Source: Eukaryota sp. GEM-RC1 (taxonomy: Eukaryota). Taken from it: a stretch of DNA of 64,000 bases. Where the stretch lies: positions 2,480,001-2,544,000 of the forward strand of contig JAUFOQ010000016.1 in NCBI GenBank assembly GCA_040285855.1, read 5' to 3'. Shown here piece after piece: positions 36,806 through 48,320 of this stretch. Position 1 is the first letter of the stretch, and every line of letters starts with the position of its first letter. Both the position numbers and the translations under genes were made by a program. A model generated the notes under the pieces. It did no database searches. It was not told the origin of the DNA and was given only the letters and a program-made list of their open reading frames with translations.

Positions 36806-37775
36806 CATAGTTGCAAAATACAAAATACAGTATTTTTTTGTATTCTGTATTTTTTCTGTATTATGTATTGTATTTTTTTCTGGAACAGTGTATTTGTATT
36901 TTTTGTATTTATTTATCAGCCCGAAAATCACTTTAATTGATGAAAATGACTGAAGTCAATGAGAGCAACACTCGACAGCGGATCTTTTTGATCAATTGTA
37001 CTATTGTTTGGTACAATTGGGACATTTATTATTTTAACAACTTGCAGAAATACTAGTACAATTGTCTGCTGAATTTTCGAAACGTTCCAGTACAGTACGT
37101 CAACGGCGTATGCTAGATGACTAAAAAGTGAAACACCAATCAAAGTCAAGTAACAAAAATTTAGAAACGCTTAATAACGTTCATTCCAAAGACTCGAAAA
37201 GTACCAAACCATGCGAAGTTGTGCAATCTAGTTTCACTACTGTCAGTCAGTGATGAAGATTTAAATCCCTGATGAGACGAGCTACACGACATTCAGTTTG
37301 ATCCTGTTTTGAAGATGTACGTGTAGTCTTTGGAGACTATGATTTCGAGTATATACATTTTTTAACTACAATCGATGTATAAAAACGATTTACAACTAAT
37401 GTACAAGACAAAAAGTGTCCAAAGTCACATTGTATAATTGTACAACTCCACGTCAGTTCTTCCCGTGGACCAAATGAACATTTGAACCCTCGGTGCATTT
37501 CAGAATCGAAATAACAATTGGGTTCATAAATGAAAAAAAGTCTAAGAATGTGTACTGAAGAGGTGAACCATGATAACCCTGATGATCAATCACGTTTGCA
37601 GTCATTGGACTCAATACACTTGGTTTAATACTTGCAATTACTAGAAAAAGAAATACAATTAATACAGTATTCTGTATTGTATTTGTATTCTGTATCTGTA
37701 TTGTATTTTTGTATTCTGTATTTTTTGTGTATTCTGTATTGTATTAGTTTTTTGTCCGTGTATTTTGCAACTATG
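36806..37775. mobile_element. Non-autonomous hAT-type DNA transposon
   Basis: 17-bp TIRs CATAGTTGCAAAATACA/TGTATTTTGCAACTATG; perfect 8-bp TSD TTATTAAA (36798-36805, 37776-37783); subterminal GTATT repeats. Confidence 0.88.
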
Positions 37776-37799
37776 TTATTAAATGATCATCAATGATAC

Positions 37800-39990
37800 A
37801 TTGACAATGTACACACTACAATGAGACTTCGTTGTTATTTATGGCCCTAAAATTTGCCAAATGATCTTCAATGTAGTTGTGGAAAACATTTGTACGTCAA
37901 CTTGTAAGTTGCGGTGCTTATATTTTATGGAACCAGAATTGAAAATTGATTTACGGCGAAATTAATTAATAGACAGCCCTGGTTGTAACAGCTACATAAC
38001 TTATCACACGTGTATGCATGATGCTGTAAGAGACCAACTACATGCTATGTGTAAGTCTTACAAAATTGAATCATTTGTTGAACCACTTCTAAAATCTTTA
38101 GAATCAAATAATGGTAATGACTAAAAACATAATCAATGTTTTGGTAAACGGAGAGCAGCTGTTGTTGTCCCTTCTTCAAACAGTTTGTATGTTGTCGATG
38201 TGGTGTCTGTGGATGTTTGTAAGAAAACATCCATGAAATAATGCTTAGTCTGAAACTTCTCCTTTAGACAACTCTGAACATGCCAAAGAGGATAAGTACA
38301 AAAAACCATTGATGGCTCTAAAACATGTAAAATACGTTGAACATGAATTGTGCCCTTTTGCGGTATCAACCTACGGCCGTTTAAGAAAAGTTGCCTTAAA
38401 TAGTTTAAACGATTTCGGAAAAAGCGTCAGGTCTATAATATGATCAACAATCGTTTTGATCATTTGATATGGTTGAATCGTTTCGTTTTTACTGTTTTTA
38501 TAACAATTCCCCTAATCTTCTCCAAAGCTTTATTTACTGTGAGTTCCTTTTTGAGGACAAAGCTATTGCAAGATTTGATGTGGATTACATATAAAAAAAA
38601 TCTTAAAGATATATAGAGTTTAAAGGCGTAAACAAAATAAACAATACTACTCCATGGGATGGTCGTGGTCCTCAAAGAGTTTCTTTAAAATTCCGTCGAA
38701 TTACTGGAAACATTGAACGAAATATAGAAAGAACGAGACGATCCCTCCAAAAACTAATGTACCACTTATTGTCAAACGGTCGTTTTAGACGAAAACTATT
38801 CAGCTCTTGAAACTGCTGGAAGGAAAAAATTAGATCGTTATGGCGAATTAATTTCCAAGATGAATTCTCGCCGACACAATCCATTTGTTTTCAATCCTTT
38901 TGCTATTTCTATTTATGGAACGTTTGGTTGCTTCGGTCAACCATTTTTCACAGATTTTGGCAAAGTGTGTAAGCAGTGTGGAAAGAATTTTAATGAAAGT
39001 TAATGGAGAGGAAGGTTGTCGTTTTCCCTTATCAGAGCGTTGTTTAGGTATTTTGATTCGATTTTGAACCGTCTCTATGCATTGAGACATGAATTTGAGA
39101 TGATGTAGAAGTATTTGTATCTCATTTGTTATTATTGATGATAGTTTGTAATTGTAAGCGTAAATAAAAGGCGTTTTTTTCTTGTCAAATTCACCACACA
39201 ATTGATTAAATGAATTACAAAAACGTTCGAGCTGCAGAACCCAAATTCCAAAGGTTGAAACACCAAAGGATTATGTCTTTGTGAATTACATTTAGAAATA
39301 AAATCACAATAACGAAGACATTTCTTATCTTCAACATTGTCCATAGGTTGAAATTTGTCATCCAATATTTTCCTACTAGTAGTGTTATTACATGGATCCA
39401 CAGTGATGAAATCCAAAACAACTTCTTCACAATTTAACCATGGACCATCGGAATTAACTCGACTCTGATACAAATGAAAGAATATCAAAATGGGGACCAT
39501 AAAGGTTCAGTTTTACTATGAAATCCCTGTGATTTAAATAAAGAAAGAAATTGATCACGAATACTGTTGTGAAGAACACATCTCATATGAATAATTTAGG
39601 GCAATTAACAATGTGATGAAATGACACAGGTTTTGAAGCACTACAGATGCACTTAGACTGATGACGTAAACCATTAGGCCAGAGGCCCACCCTCAAACGC
39701 ATATTAATTACCCACTCTTGATCCTTCAAATTAAAATTAAATCGTTGAGGATATCGAATGACTAAATAAGACGCAGCAGCACTTGAAACGTCCGTTAACA
39801 AAGCACAAAAAGGGGGACGATTTTTTGCTAACCTAATGCGATTTTTAATGTCCAAGCTTTTGTGATAGTAAATAAACTTACATTTAGAAATCTCGTTTCG
39901 GAAAAAGAAATTTTTGGTGGAAATAGGGCATTTTGTTCCAGCAATAATTTGGTAAATAGAATTTAAATATTTTAAGCTGGGCCCTGGTTA
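37800..39990. mobile_element. Cluster of four degenerate CRE-like fragments in alternating orientation (+ ~37800-38600, - ~38670-38880, + ~38881-39110, - ~39130-39990)
   Basis: Motifs MRLR..LWP...CSCG, HDAVRDQL..MCKSYKIESFVEPLL, FWRDRLVLSIF, FVFNPFAISIYGTFG, DFITVDPCN, EDKKCLRY and MRLRVGLWP...CICS..FHHIVNC. Confidence 0.72.
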
Positions 39991-41084
39991 TTGTTGACGA
40001 CCAACATAAATATCGTAGGTGTATCAGTACAAGCAAGACCCCAGTACAAGCCAGTAAACGTATTTGCTTGTATTATTATGTATGTGCTGGTGTTGGCCGA
40101 GTTAATCTGTAATACGGAGTTAAGTGCAATTTATTACTATGTGTGGAGGCACACTGTGGAGCAGTGGATGCACTAATAAGTGTCGACTTAGATGTTCACT
40201 GAGTACTATCTTATTTGTTCGTAGAACTCGGCGTGAGTTTGTTTTGTTCAACAATGATAAATAAAAAAGGACACAAAGACTTATCAAAATTGAATCTATC
40301 GAACACAAGACACAACGAAGTTCCGGTTAACAGAACCGTATCTCTTTAAGGCAAATATTGTGTATTTTTAAGAACAAATCCAAATACTACATGTAGTATT
40401 GTTAAAACAGCGTACAACGAACACTTGCAAATTCTTTTACAATTGTCTTACAAAGTACATGTGACAATTCGGAACAATAATTGTGCCACATGTAATTCTA
40501 TTGGAAAAATATAAAATATATATAAGTGTACTACATACACTCTGTTGTTGAATTCCTATACGAAATGGAAATTGATACATGAGCGTAAAGTACAATACTC
40601 CAATACACAGTACTGCAATTGTTGCACTTTTCAAAATATTTTTGACAGTCCCTGCTGACATTTGACTTTTCAACAACTCTAGCTTTAGTAATAGATTTGT
40701 CAACTACTTGGGTCACGTGACTTGATTTCGGAGCATCACATCTATACTATGCATCCAAACAATGGAATTAATTCCCTTTTATAAATACAACCCGAATTAT
40801 CGAAATTGCTGATGCACAAAAAGATTTATCCAAATAATGTTTTCACTATTATAACACAAAATTCGAATTGTCGAAAAACTCCATACATTATCTTGCACAG
40901 TTCTCTTTATAGAAATCGACTACAATGTAGTATATACACCTTGTTCAAGTGTGACTACATATGCTAGACCACTTGCAAATAGTCTATCTGCATACAAGTT
41001 GCGGTCTTTCTCTCAAAGATACTAGTAGATTAATAATAAACGAAAAAGTAATATATTTTACATAACAAAATGAACACTATATTG

Positions 41085-44000
41085 CTATGGGCTGTAAACC
41101 CATGAATCCCCAGTGGTAGCTCTCGAGTAGACACCACCCTGATTCTGCTGATAAAGTGAAGCAAAACCTCCTGGAATAGCATCTGCATGAACATCTACTC
41201 CTGAATCAATTTCTACCATCAACAATGGGTTGAGGTTGAACGCTTTACTCTTAATTGATTTCAAGCTAGAAGGAAGTTCCAGTGATTCAATATTGTTAAC
41301 TTCAAAAGCTTCACTTTCTATATCTTCCAGATTGGAGGAGAAAGTAACATTAACCAAAAGATTCTCTCTAAATGCACGTTCATCGATATTAATAACAGAA
41401 TTAGGAATTACTAGCGAAGACAAAGAGTTCCCCGAAAAGGCTCCATTGCTTATAGTTGTTATATACTGAGGAAGTATCACAGTTTTTAAAGAATTTCGAA
41501 CGAATGCACCAAGTGAAATGGTGGTCACACTATCAGGGATGACTATTTCCTCAATGAAATTGCGACCAAATGCTCTTGGCCCAATAAACGTTAAACCAGT
41601 TCCAAGAGTAACATTTACTAGTTTGTTATCCCAGAATGTATCCAGTTCAATTGATGTTACAGAATCAGGAATAACAATTGAAGTTATAAGGTTTTCCATA
41701 AATGATCGCTGGGGTATTTGTATCAGAGAACTGCTAAGTTCAACAGAAGTCAGTTGATTGTTTTGGAACACAGAGTACCCAATAGAAGTAACAGAAGAAG
41801 GTATAATTACTTCAGTTATCTTATTGTGCTGAAAAGCGGTGAATCCAATACTGGTAAGAGAATCAGACAGAATTACAGATGTCAAGTCATTATTCCTGAA
41901 AGCTCGATTTCCAATACTAGTAACAGTATTTGGAATGACAATAGTAGATATAGAATTGCCGTCAAATGCTGATTCACCTATACTTGTTACAGATTCACCA
42001 AGAACTAGAGTTTCCAAATTATTATCATTGAAAGCAAAGTCACCAATCGTGGTAACACTATCAGGAATTACGATTTCCATAATGTTGTTCGATTCAAAAG
42101 CATTGCCACCAATGGTCGTTAATCCAGTTCCAAGCGTAACATTTACTAACTTGTTTTTCTGGAAGGAATAAGCTCCAATTTCTGTTACAGAATCTGGAAT
42201 CACTAACGAAGTTAGAAGGTTATCTGCAAACGCATAACTAAGAATTTCTGCCAGAGAGTTGCCAAGTTCAACGTTTGTTAATTGATTGTTCCGAAAAGCC
42301 CTCTGACCAACGGAAGTGACACTGTTTGGAATAACAATTGATGAGATGGAGGAACCAATAAATGCGTCATTTCCAATAGTTGCTACAGATTGACCAAGAA
42401 CAAGAGTCTCCAAATTATTAAATCTGAAAGCAAAGTTACCAATACTGGTAACACTATCAGGAATTACGACTTCAACAAGTTCATTGTTCTCAAAAGCATT
42501 GGCCTCAATAGTTAATAACCCAGTTCCAAAGGTAACATTTACTAACTTGTTTTGACTAAATGACAACCCTCCAATATTTTGAACAGAATTTGGGAAGTCA
42601 ACAGAAGTCAACAGATTTTGTGTAAACGCAAGACCGTTAATGAATCTGAGAGAACTCCCAAGTTCAATACTTACTAATTGATTGTTCCGAAAGGCACTAG
42701 AACCAATAGTACTAACACTGTTTGGAATAACAAGATGCGAAAGAGACATTGAAGCGAAAGCAAAATTACTAATAAGTGAGACAGATTGACCAATAACGAG
42801 AGTCTCTAAAGTATTATGTCTGAAAGCAGAGTTCCAAATCGTTGTAACACTATCAGGAATTACGATTTCAACAAGTTCATTGTTCTCAAAAGCAGAGACA
42901 CCAATATTCGTCAAACCACTTCCAAGACTAACATTTTCCAAGACATTATCCTTGAAAGCACTTCCCTCAATAGTCTGAACACTGTCTGCAATAACAACAG
43001 AAGTTAAACCCTTTTCTTGAAAAGCGGAAGTACCAATTGTAGTGATCACGTCACCATTAATACTAGAAGGAATGATGACGTTTGGACCAAGAGAAGCATC
43101 GTATGCGGAAATAGTGTTATCAACAGCGGCAAATCCATGACGTGTCATCGAAACTGACCTAGTCTTATCGCTAGTGAGTTCGATTGAAAGAGTGCGTTCC
43201 AAGTAATCAGAATGCATCAGAAATAGTTCATAGTCACCAAGTGGTAGATCATGAACGAACACGTGACCTTCCTCATCTCCATCAACAATCAAATTTTGAT
43301 TGACGAGTTTGACACGAGGACATGGAACTGGATCGGAAGTGATGTCATCAATGATATTTAGTTCCAATGAAACCAAAGTAAGGACCATGGAAACGTTGAT
43401 AAACTTGTCACTATCAGAAACTACAACACTGATTGACTTTTGTATCATAGCCCGCTAATTGGAAATTGAGCTCGTATTCACCATTTGTAAGAGACAGAAT
43501 CTCAAAAGACCATCATCGTCACTGAAAACGTCATCAAGGTCATCACCAAAGACAATAACACCTGAAAGAGGAACTGAATCACTAGTAACTGTACCTGATA
43601 CAATGAAAGTGTTTAAGGAAAGAGAAACGTCAACAGTCTTATCATTGTCAGACACTGTGACATTTACTGACTTAAGATCATAACCTATTAGTTCATAATT
43701 GAGTTCATAAACTCTAATAGTAAGTGGATGAAGTTCATAAAAACCATCAACATCAGTGTACACGTCATCAAAATCATCACCTGATACAAGAACACCTGAG
43801 AGTGGATCTAAACCACCAGTTACTGTTCCTGATATAACAAAAGTAGTTAATGAAAGTGAAACGTTGACAAGTTTGTTACTGCCAGCAACTACAACACTGA
43901 TTGACTTTGGATCGTAGCCAGATAATTGGAAATTTAACTCATATTCACCATTTTCAAGAGGCTCAAGTTCAAACAAACCATCGTTATCAGTATAAACTTC

Positions 44001-46470
44001 CTTCAACTTATCACCAAAATCAAGAACACCTGAAAGAGGAACTGAATCGCTAGTAACTAATCCTGATACAAGGAAAGTTGGAGGAGATGATGATCGTAAG
44101 AAAAAGAAGAGTAGAAAAGACAAGATGACGAGAACAAGACAAGATAAACCAATAATAATATTACTTTTGATTCCAATCAAGTTCCAGTTGTTCTTTACTT
44201 TAGTAATCCACGGTGATCGAGGTTCTGGATCTTCTTTAAACTCTAACACTACATCTTTCATTTATGTACTATCAACTTTTGAATATGAGATGACGTCATG
44301 AACACGTTGCTCAGAGTCATATGATTGGTTAGTGACTTCAACAGGAGAAGCTATAACAGTTTCAATAACAATATTAGTGTTAATATCCGATTCCACCACA
44401 GATTCTTCACTAGTTGAATCACTAGTGGAAGTCAAGTCCATTTTGATTTCAGAAGAAAGAGATTTATCAATGACAACTTCCTCTTCAGACTTCTCAGAAT
44501 CCTCTTTCTCTTCAAATTGTTCAATTACCTCCACCTGATGTTCAGCCATGGGAGGAGAGAGGGAGCCACTGGGAGTAACGAGAGGACTATCATTCAAAAG
44601 CTTTTTCTTCTTCATCTTAGCTTCTTGTTGACCAAGCCTCTTGAAGACTCCTATTCTACGGAAAAACAAACACGTGGCAAGAGATTCAGATGCGTCGTCA
44701 GGATCAAGAGAAAGACAAGCAATCATGATTAATTTAGGGGAATAAGACATGTTAAATCGAAGAACTGAAGTTAACAAACAGTTTCTATAAGGAACGTGTG
44801 GTTGACGACTAGTTACAGCAGATAACACACCTTCTAAAAAGAAGAGAGATTTGTTATGGTCGGTACATTGCTTAAACATTGGACTCTGTTTGTCCGGTAG
44901 ATCGGCATTCTGAATTGGAGCTGCTAGATCAACAAAACATAATTTACTATTAAATTGTTGAGTTTTCGAGATCAACTGAACTGAAAGAATGAAATGGGAT
45001 CTTGTTGATTCTAGATTGGACTTTGATCGTTCCCATTGCCTTAAATCATTTCCATTGGAAAGTAATTCCAGAGCTTCACGTAAGGTTGAGACTTTATTCT
45101 GGGAAAGTCCTGGAATTGACGTGATCTTTGGATTATTACCGGAACTGGAAATAACAGCAGAATTCAGTAACGTAGGTGACTTCTGACCATGTGCATCGGA
45201 TGACGTTTGCATAAGGTCATAAACCGCGTCATCTTTTAATCCTAGAAAAGAGATCAATACTTCCTGGTCGTCAACAAGACGATGAAAGATAGAATGAAGT
45301 GACAAAGGTATCAGACCAATAGTTTCTTGTGAAATACACGTGGGGGAACCAAAGAAAGTATAAGTCTTACCACTAGCTACTCCACCATAGGTAAATAAGG
45401 TGGAAGAAACGTTGTTGAAAAGGTCTCCAACAGCAGGAGCTGCAACTTCCTCATAAACCTGTATGTTTTCTTTAGTAAGAATAGAAGAAAAAGGGAATGA
45501 CGACTTGGAACCATTAACTGGAGAACCTTGAGCAGAACTCTTAGAAATACAGATAGAGACAGAGTTATCAGTTGGTGTGTTTATATAAACAGTCTCAGCA
45601 TTAGTGGGTTTAAGTCGACAGTAAGCACTAAGTGTACCAGTCCTTGGAGTTGCAGACGAGGTGGAACTAGAGCATTGGAGGGAGGAATTGAGAAGGAAGT
45701 GGTTAAGGAAAGGGTGATGACATTCGGGATCTTCAAGATCCTGTGAAGAGACTGTGTTGTGATCGTTATCTTTGAGAGAATGAGATAGTGGTAGAGAGTT
45801 CAAATTCTTGAGGTACTTGTTAAGATCATGAGATGGAGAAGGAGTATCGGAATGAAGCAGAGTTGGATTTTGTGCCAGATTGTGATCAAAAGAGACAAAG
45901 GATTTATCTGAAGGATCAATGGATATGGCAGGTCCACGTATATCACTAATTAAGAGGGCTTGTACTTTGAGATAAATCGGGTTTACTGGAGACCCTTCAC
46001 AGAGTTTCTGAACAACAAGTGACAGCTGTTCCCATGGATCTTGAGGAATCACGTAACCCAAGGATTGGAGACGTTGGAGGTATTCTTTGATTATCTTCTC
46101 TGACGTTGTGGCGTCTAGGTTTTTATATGTTCCTGAAAATGCAATATCTTCAAGTTCCTTGGACAGGTCCTGAGGAGAAACATTGAAAACGACAGATGAA
46201 AAGGTCTCTACAAATGTGAGATAACATTGGAACGCGAATCCACGGTCAGTGACTTCGGCAAGTTGTTCTGCAACGACATCGTTGATTCCAATGTTTAGAA
46301 CTGATATTAGATCGGGTACCGAGACAAAACAAACCAACTACATCCATGGCTGTTGCATCAAACTCCTGTTCCAATGCGAGATAAAGAGGATTCTCAGATG
46401 AGCCGAACTTCAAGCCTGATAGATACTCGTAGCTTGTAAGTGAAACCGGGAACTTGGAGGTTGTTTTCCA
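41085..46470 (-). CDS. PPDK-like fragment - kinesin motor - TM - 4 beta-sandwich repeats - 28 BspA LRR fusion, copy 2 (disrupted as assembled; 5' end unresolved)
   Basis: Collinear, same-frame ORFs 44262-46337, 43455-44261 and 41085-43448. Complete motor (YCRLKP, YGGVASGKTYT, GLIP, NLESTRSH, FVDLAA, HVPYRN). TAA at 44262 where copies 1 and 3 have GAA; a -1/+1 indel pair around 43505/43440 creates a TAG. Confidence 0.85.
46301..46334 (-). other. Predicted 34-nt spliceosomal intron (duplicate at 62970-63003)
   Basis: GTTTGTTTTGTCTCGGTACCCGATCTAATATCAG has GT..AG ends and a CTAAT branch-like motif close to the 3' AG. Removal joins ...KFGSSENPL...AMDVV to VLNIGIND, restoring the PPDK-like order KFG..ENPL...MDT.LNLGLND. 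Confidence 0.7.
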
Positions 46471-48220
46471 TACTCATATTTGATGGTAGTTCAGGATAGG
46501 ACGGAAATTCTCTTTCGGGATGATTACAAAATTGCCCTACACTTACTTCATCTTACAAAAGAGACTGACTAAATTGACAACTTACCACACAACATTGACT
46601 AAAAACACAATAGAGTGCACGAGAAATTTTTGTCGTGATACAATTCTTTCTTACCTCTCAATTATGTGATTGCTATATGATACTCAATCAAAAATAGTTT
46701 ATTCTATCTACCAGTACAATGCCTCTTATGTATCTACTCTAGCTACACTTTGGGCAGGCTCTGCGTTTCTTCTAGGACAAGTTCTTTTGTTGTGACCTCT
46801 AGCTTGACATATACCACATTTTCTTGTGTTTAGGTTCTCATTTTCGACGACTTCGAATTGGGAAGCTAAACTTCCTATGGATCCCACCGGTTTAACGAAG
46901 TTCTTCCCTGTTAGGTGCTTGTGGAATTGATTGTACTTCTTGCATCAACACCATCTTCTTGTATCTCTTCAGGAGGAACTTGGTTAAGTATGTTCTGAGA
47001 TTCTTCTCCATTTATCCGCCATTGAGGATGTACCTCGTCTTCTTCCTTCCACCTTCAATATGGATCTTTACAACTAAACTTGTGGGTAAGCCTAAAGCAT
47101 ACAGCTTTTGGTCTAATACAGTATCAATATCTTCATAGTTCATTTCTTGTACAACCTCCATAGTCCTAAGTAAATGACGGAGAGCAAATCTGCTGACAAC
47201 TCCAACCAAAGATCGACATATATGATCTTGAAGTAGCTGCATTAGATTGACGCAGTGTATCCAGGAGTTCCTCGTTCTTCTTCGATGGAATATGGAGGAG
47301 GTATGGTGGTAAGAGTATTGATGTTGTCACTCATAGGCAGTAAAGACTGGTACGTATGAGACAGAGGATAAGAAAGTGTTTTGGCACATTCTTGGTAAAC
47401 GTTGCCGTCGTCACTCAACTGATTCTCATTTTCTTTATTTAGACGATTCATCTAGATCTGCTTCCGATGACCATCACCTCTTTTCTTAATCCTTGATTCT
47501 TAGGTACTGTCGGAGATACCATTGCCTTCAGAGATGTAACCATTGCATTTATTGTAGATCACTGTATTGAATCATAAACCCGTTCTTTTTTATAGAAGTA
47601 GTAAGCAGCATTCCACATGTAGTTTCAGTACGCAGTATTGATCGATGAATTTCCTAAGTCCACACTTAGAATCATGTAACAGAGCTGAGTTGCCAGATAA
47701 AAGCAATTAGAGTAATAACACCTTAGCAAGATTGGGCAGCGAACTGGTTTACATGGGAAGAGTGGACATCAGTTGTTCTGCTTCTTGTAAGAAAGGAGCA
47801 GTTCCACGTTGGTGCAGATATTCGTTCCAAGCTCTATCCAATGAATAACCAAGGATCCAATGCATCTATGGAGCATACAGGATCAGGAATTGTACATGTA
47901 ACTTCTCAATGTATATTCTATGTTGTTGTAACCTTGAAAGAGCAGTCAATGGACTTACAAGCAGCAAGGAATCGTTTAGGCTGTGCTTTAACATACTTCA
48001 TCTCTATACAATCAGCAATAGTGTCAATCAAGACGTCATTGTAGAAGGAGTTTATTCAGATCATGCAGTTCTGCAGCTCAGTGTCATTGGTAAACCACAG
48101 TTAGATGAACTAAGGTAGTAATGTAGGGGAGGTGAATCTGGGCATTTCTGTACTACATGTACATGTAATCTAGGTAGTTGTTTTCATGAAATTCTGTTTT
48201 TCATGAAAAATTGAAACCAA

Positions 48221-48320
48221 TCAATGTTTGAATGTTAGATATCGGCCCAGTCAATGTTTGAGTGTTAGATATTGGTCGAAACGATGTTTCAATGTTTCAT
48301 ATTGGTCCAATGTTTCAAGA
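48221..48320. repeat. Degenerate ~30-bp tandem repeat (about 3 units)
   Basis: TCAATGTTTGAATGTTAGATATCGGCCCAG / TCAATGTTTGAGTGTTAGATATTGGTCGAA / ACGATGTTTCAATGTTTCATATTGGTCC. Confidence 0.7.

Noticed and set aside
44262..44264. In-frame TAA aligned to Glu (GAA) of the paralogs, suggesting a reassigned stop codon
   Set aside because: TAA, TAG and TGA all terminate conserved genes here (dynein and hydrolase TAA, RANBP1 and CLPTM1 TAG, INTS11 TGA), and long ORFs lack internal stops. A point mutation or error is simpler.
48221..48320. CRISPR-like array
   Set aside because: Degenerate tandem units without unique spacers; eukaryotic context and no cas genes.
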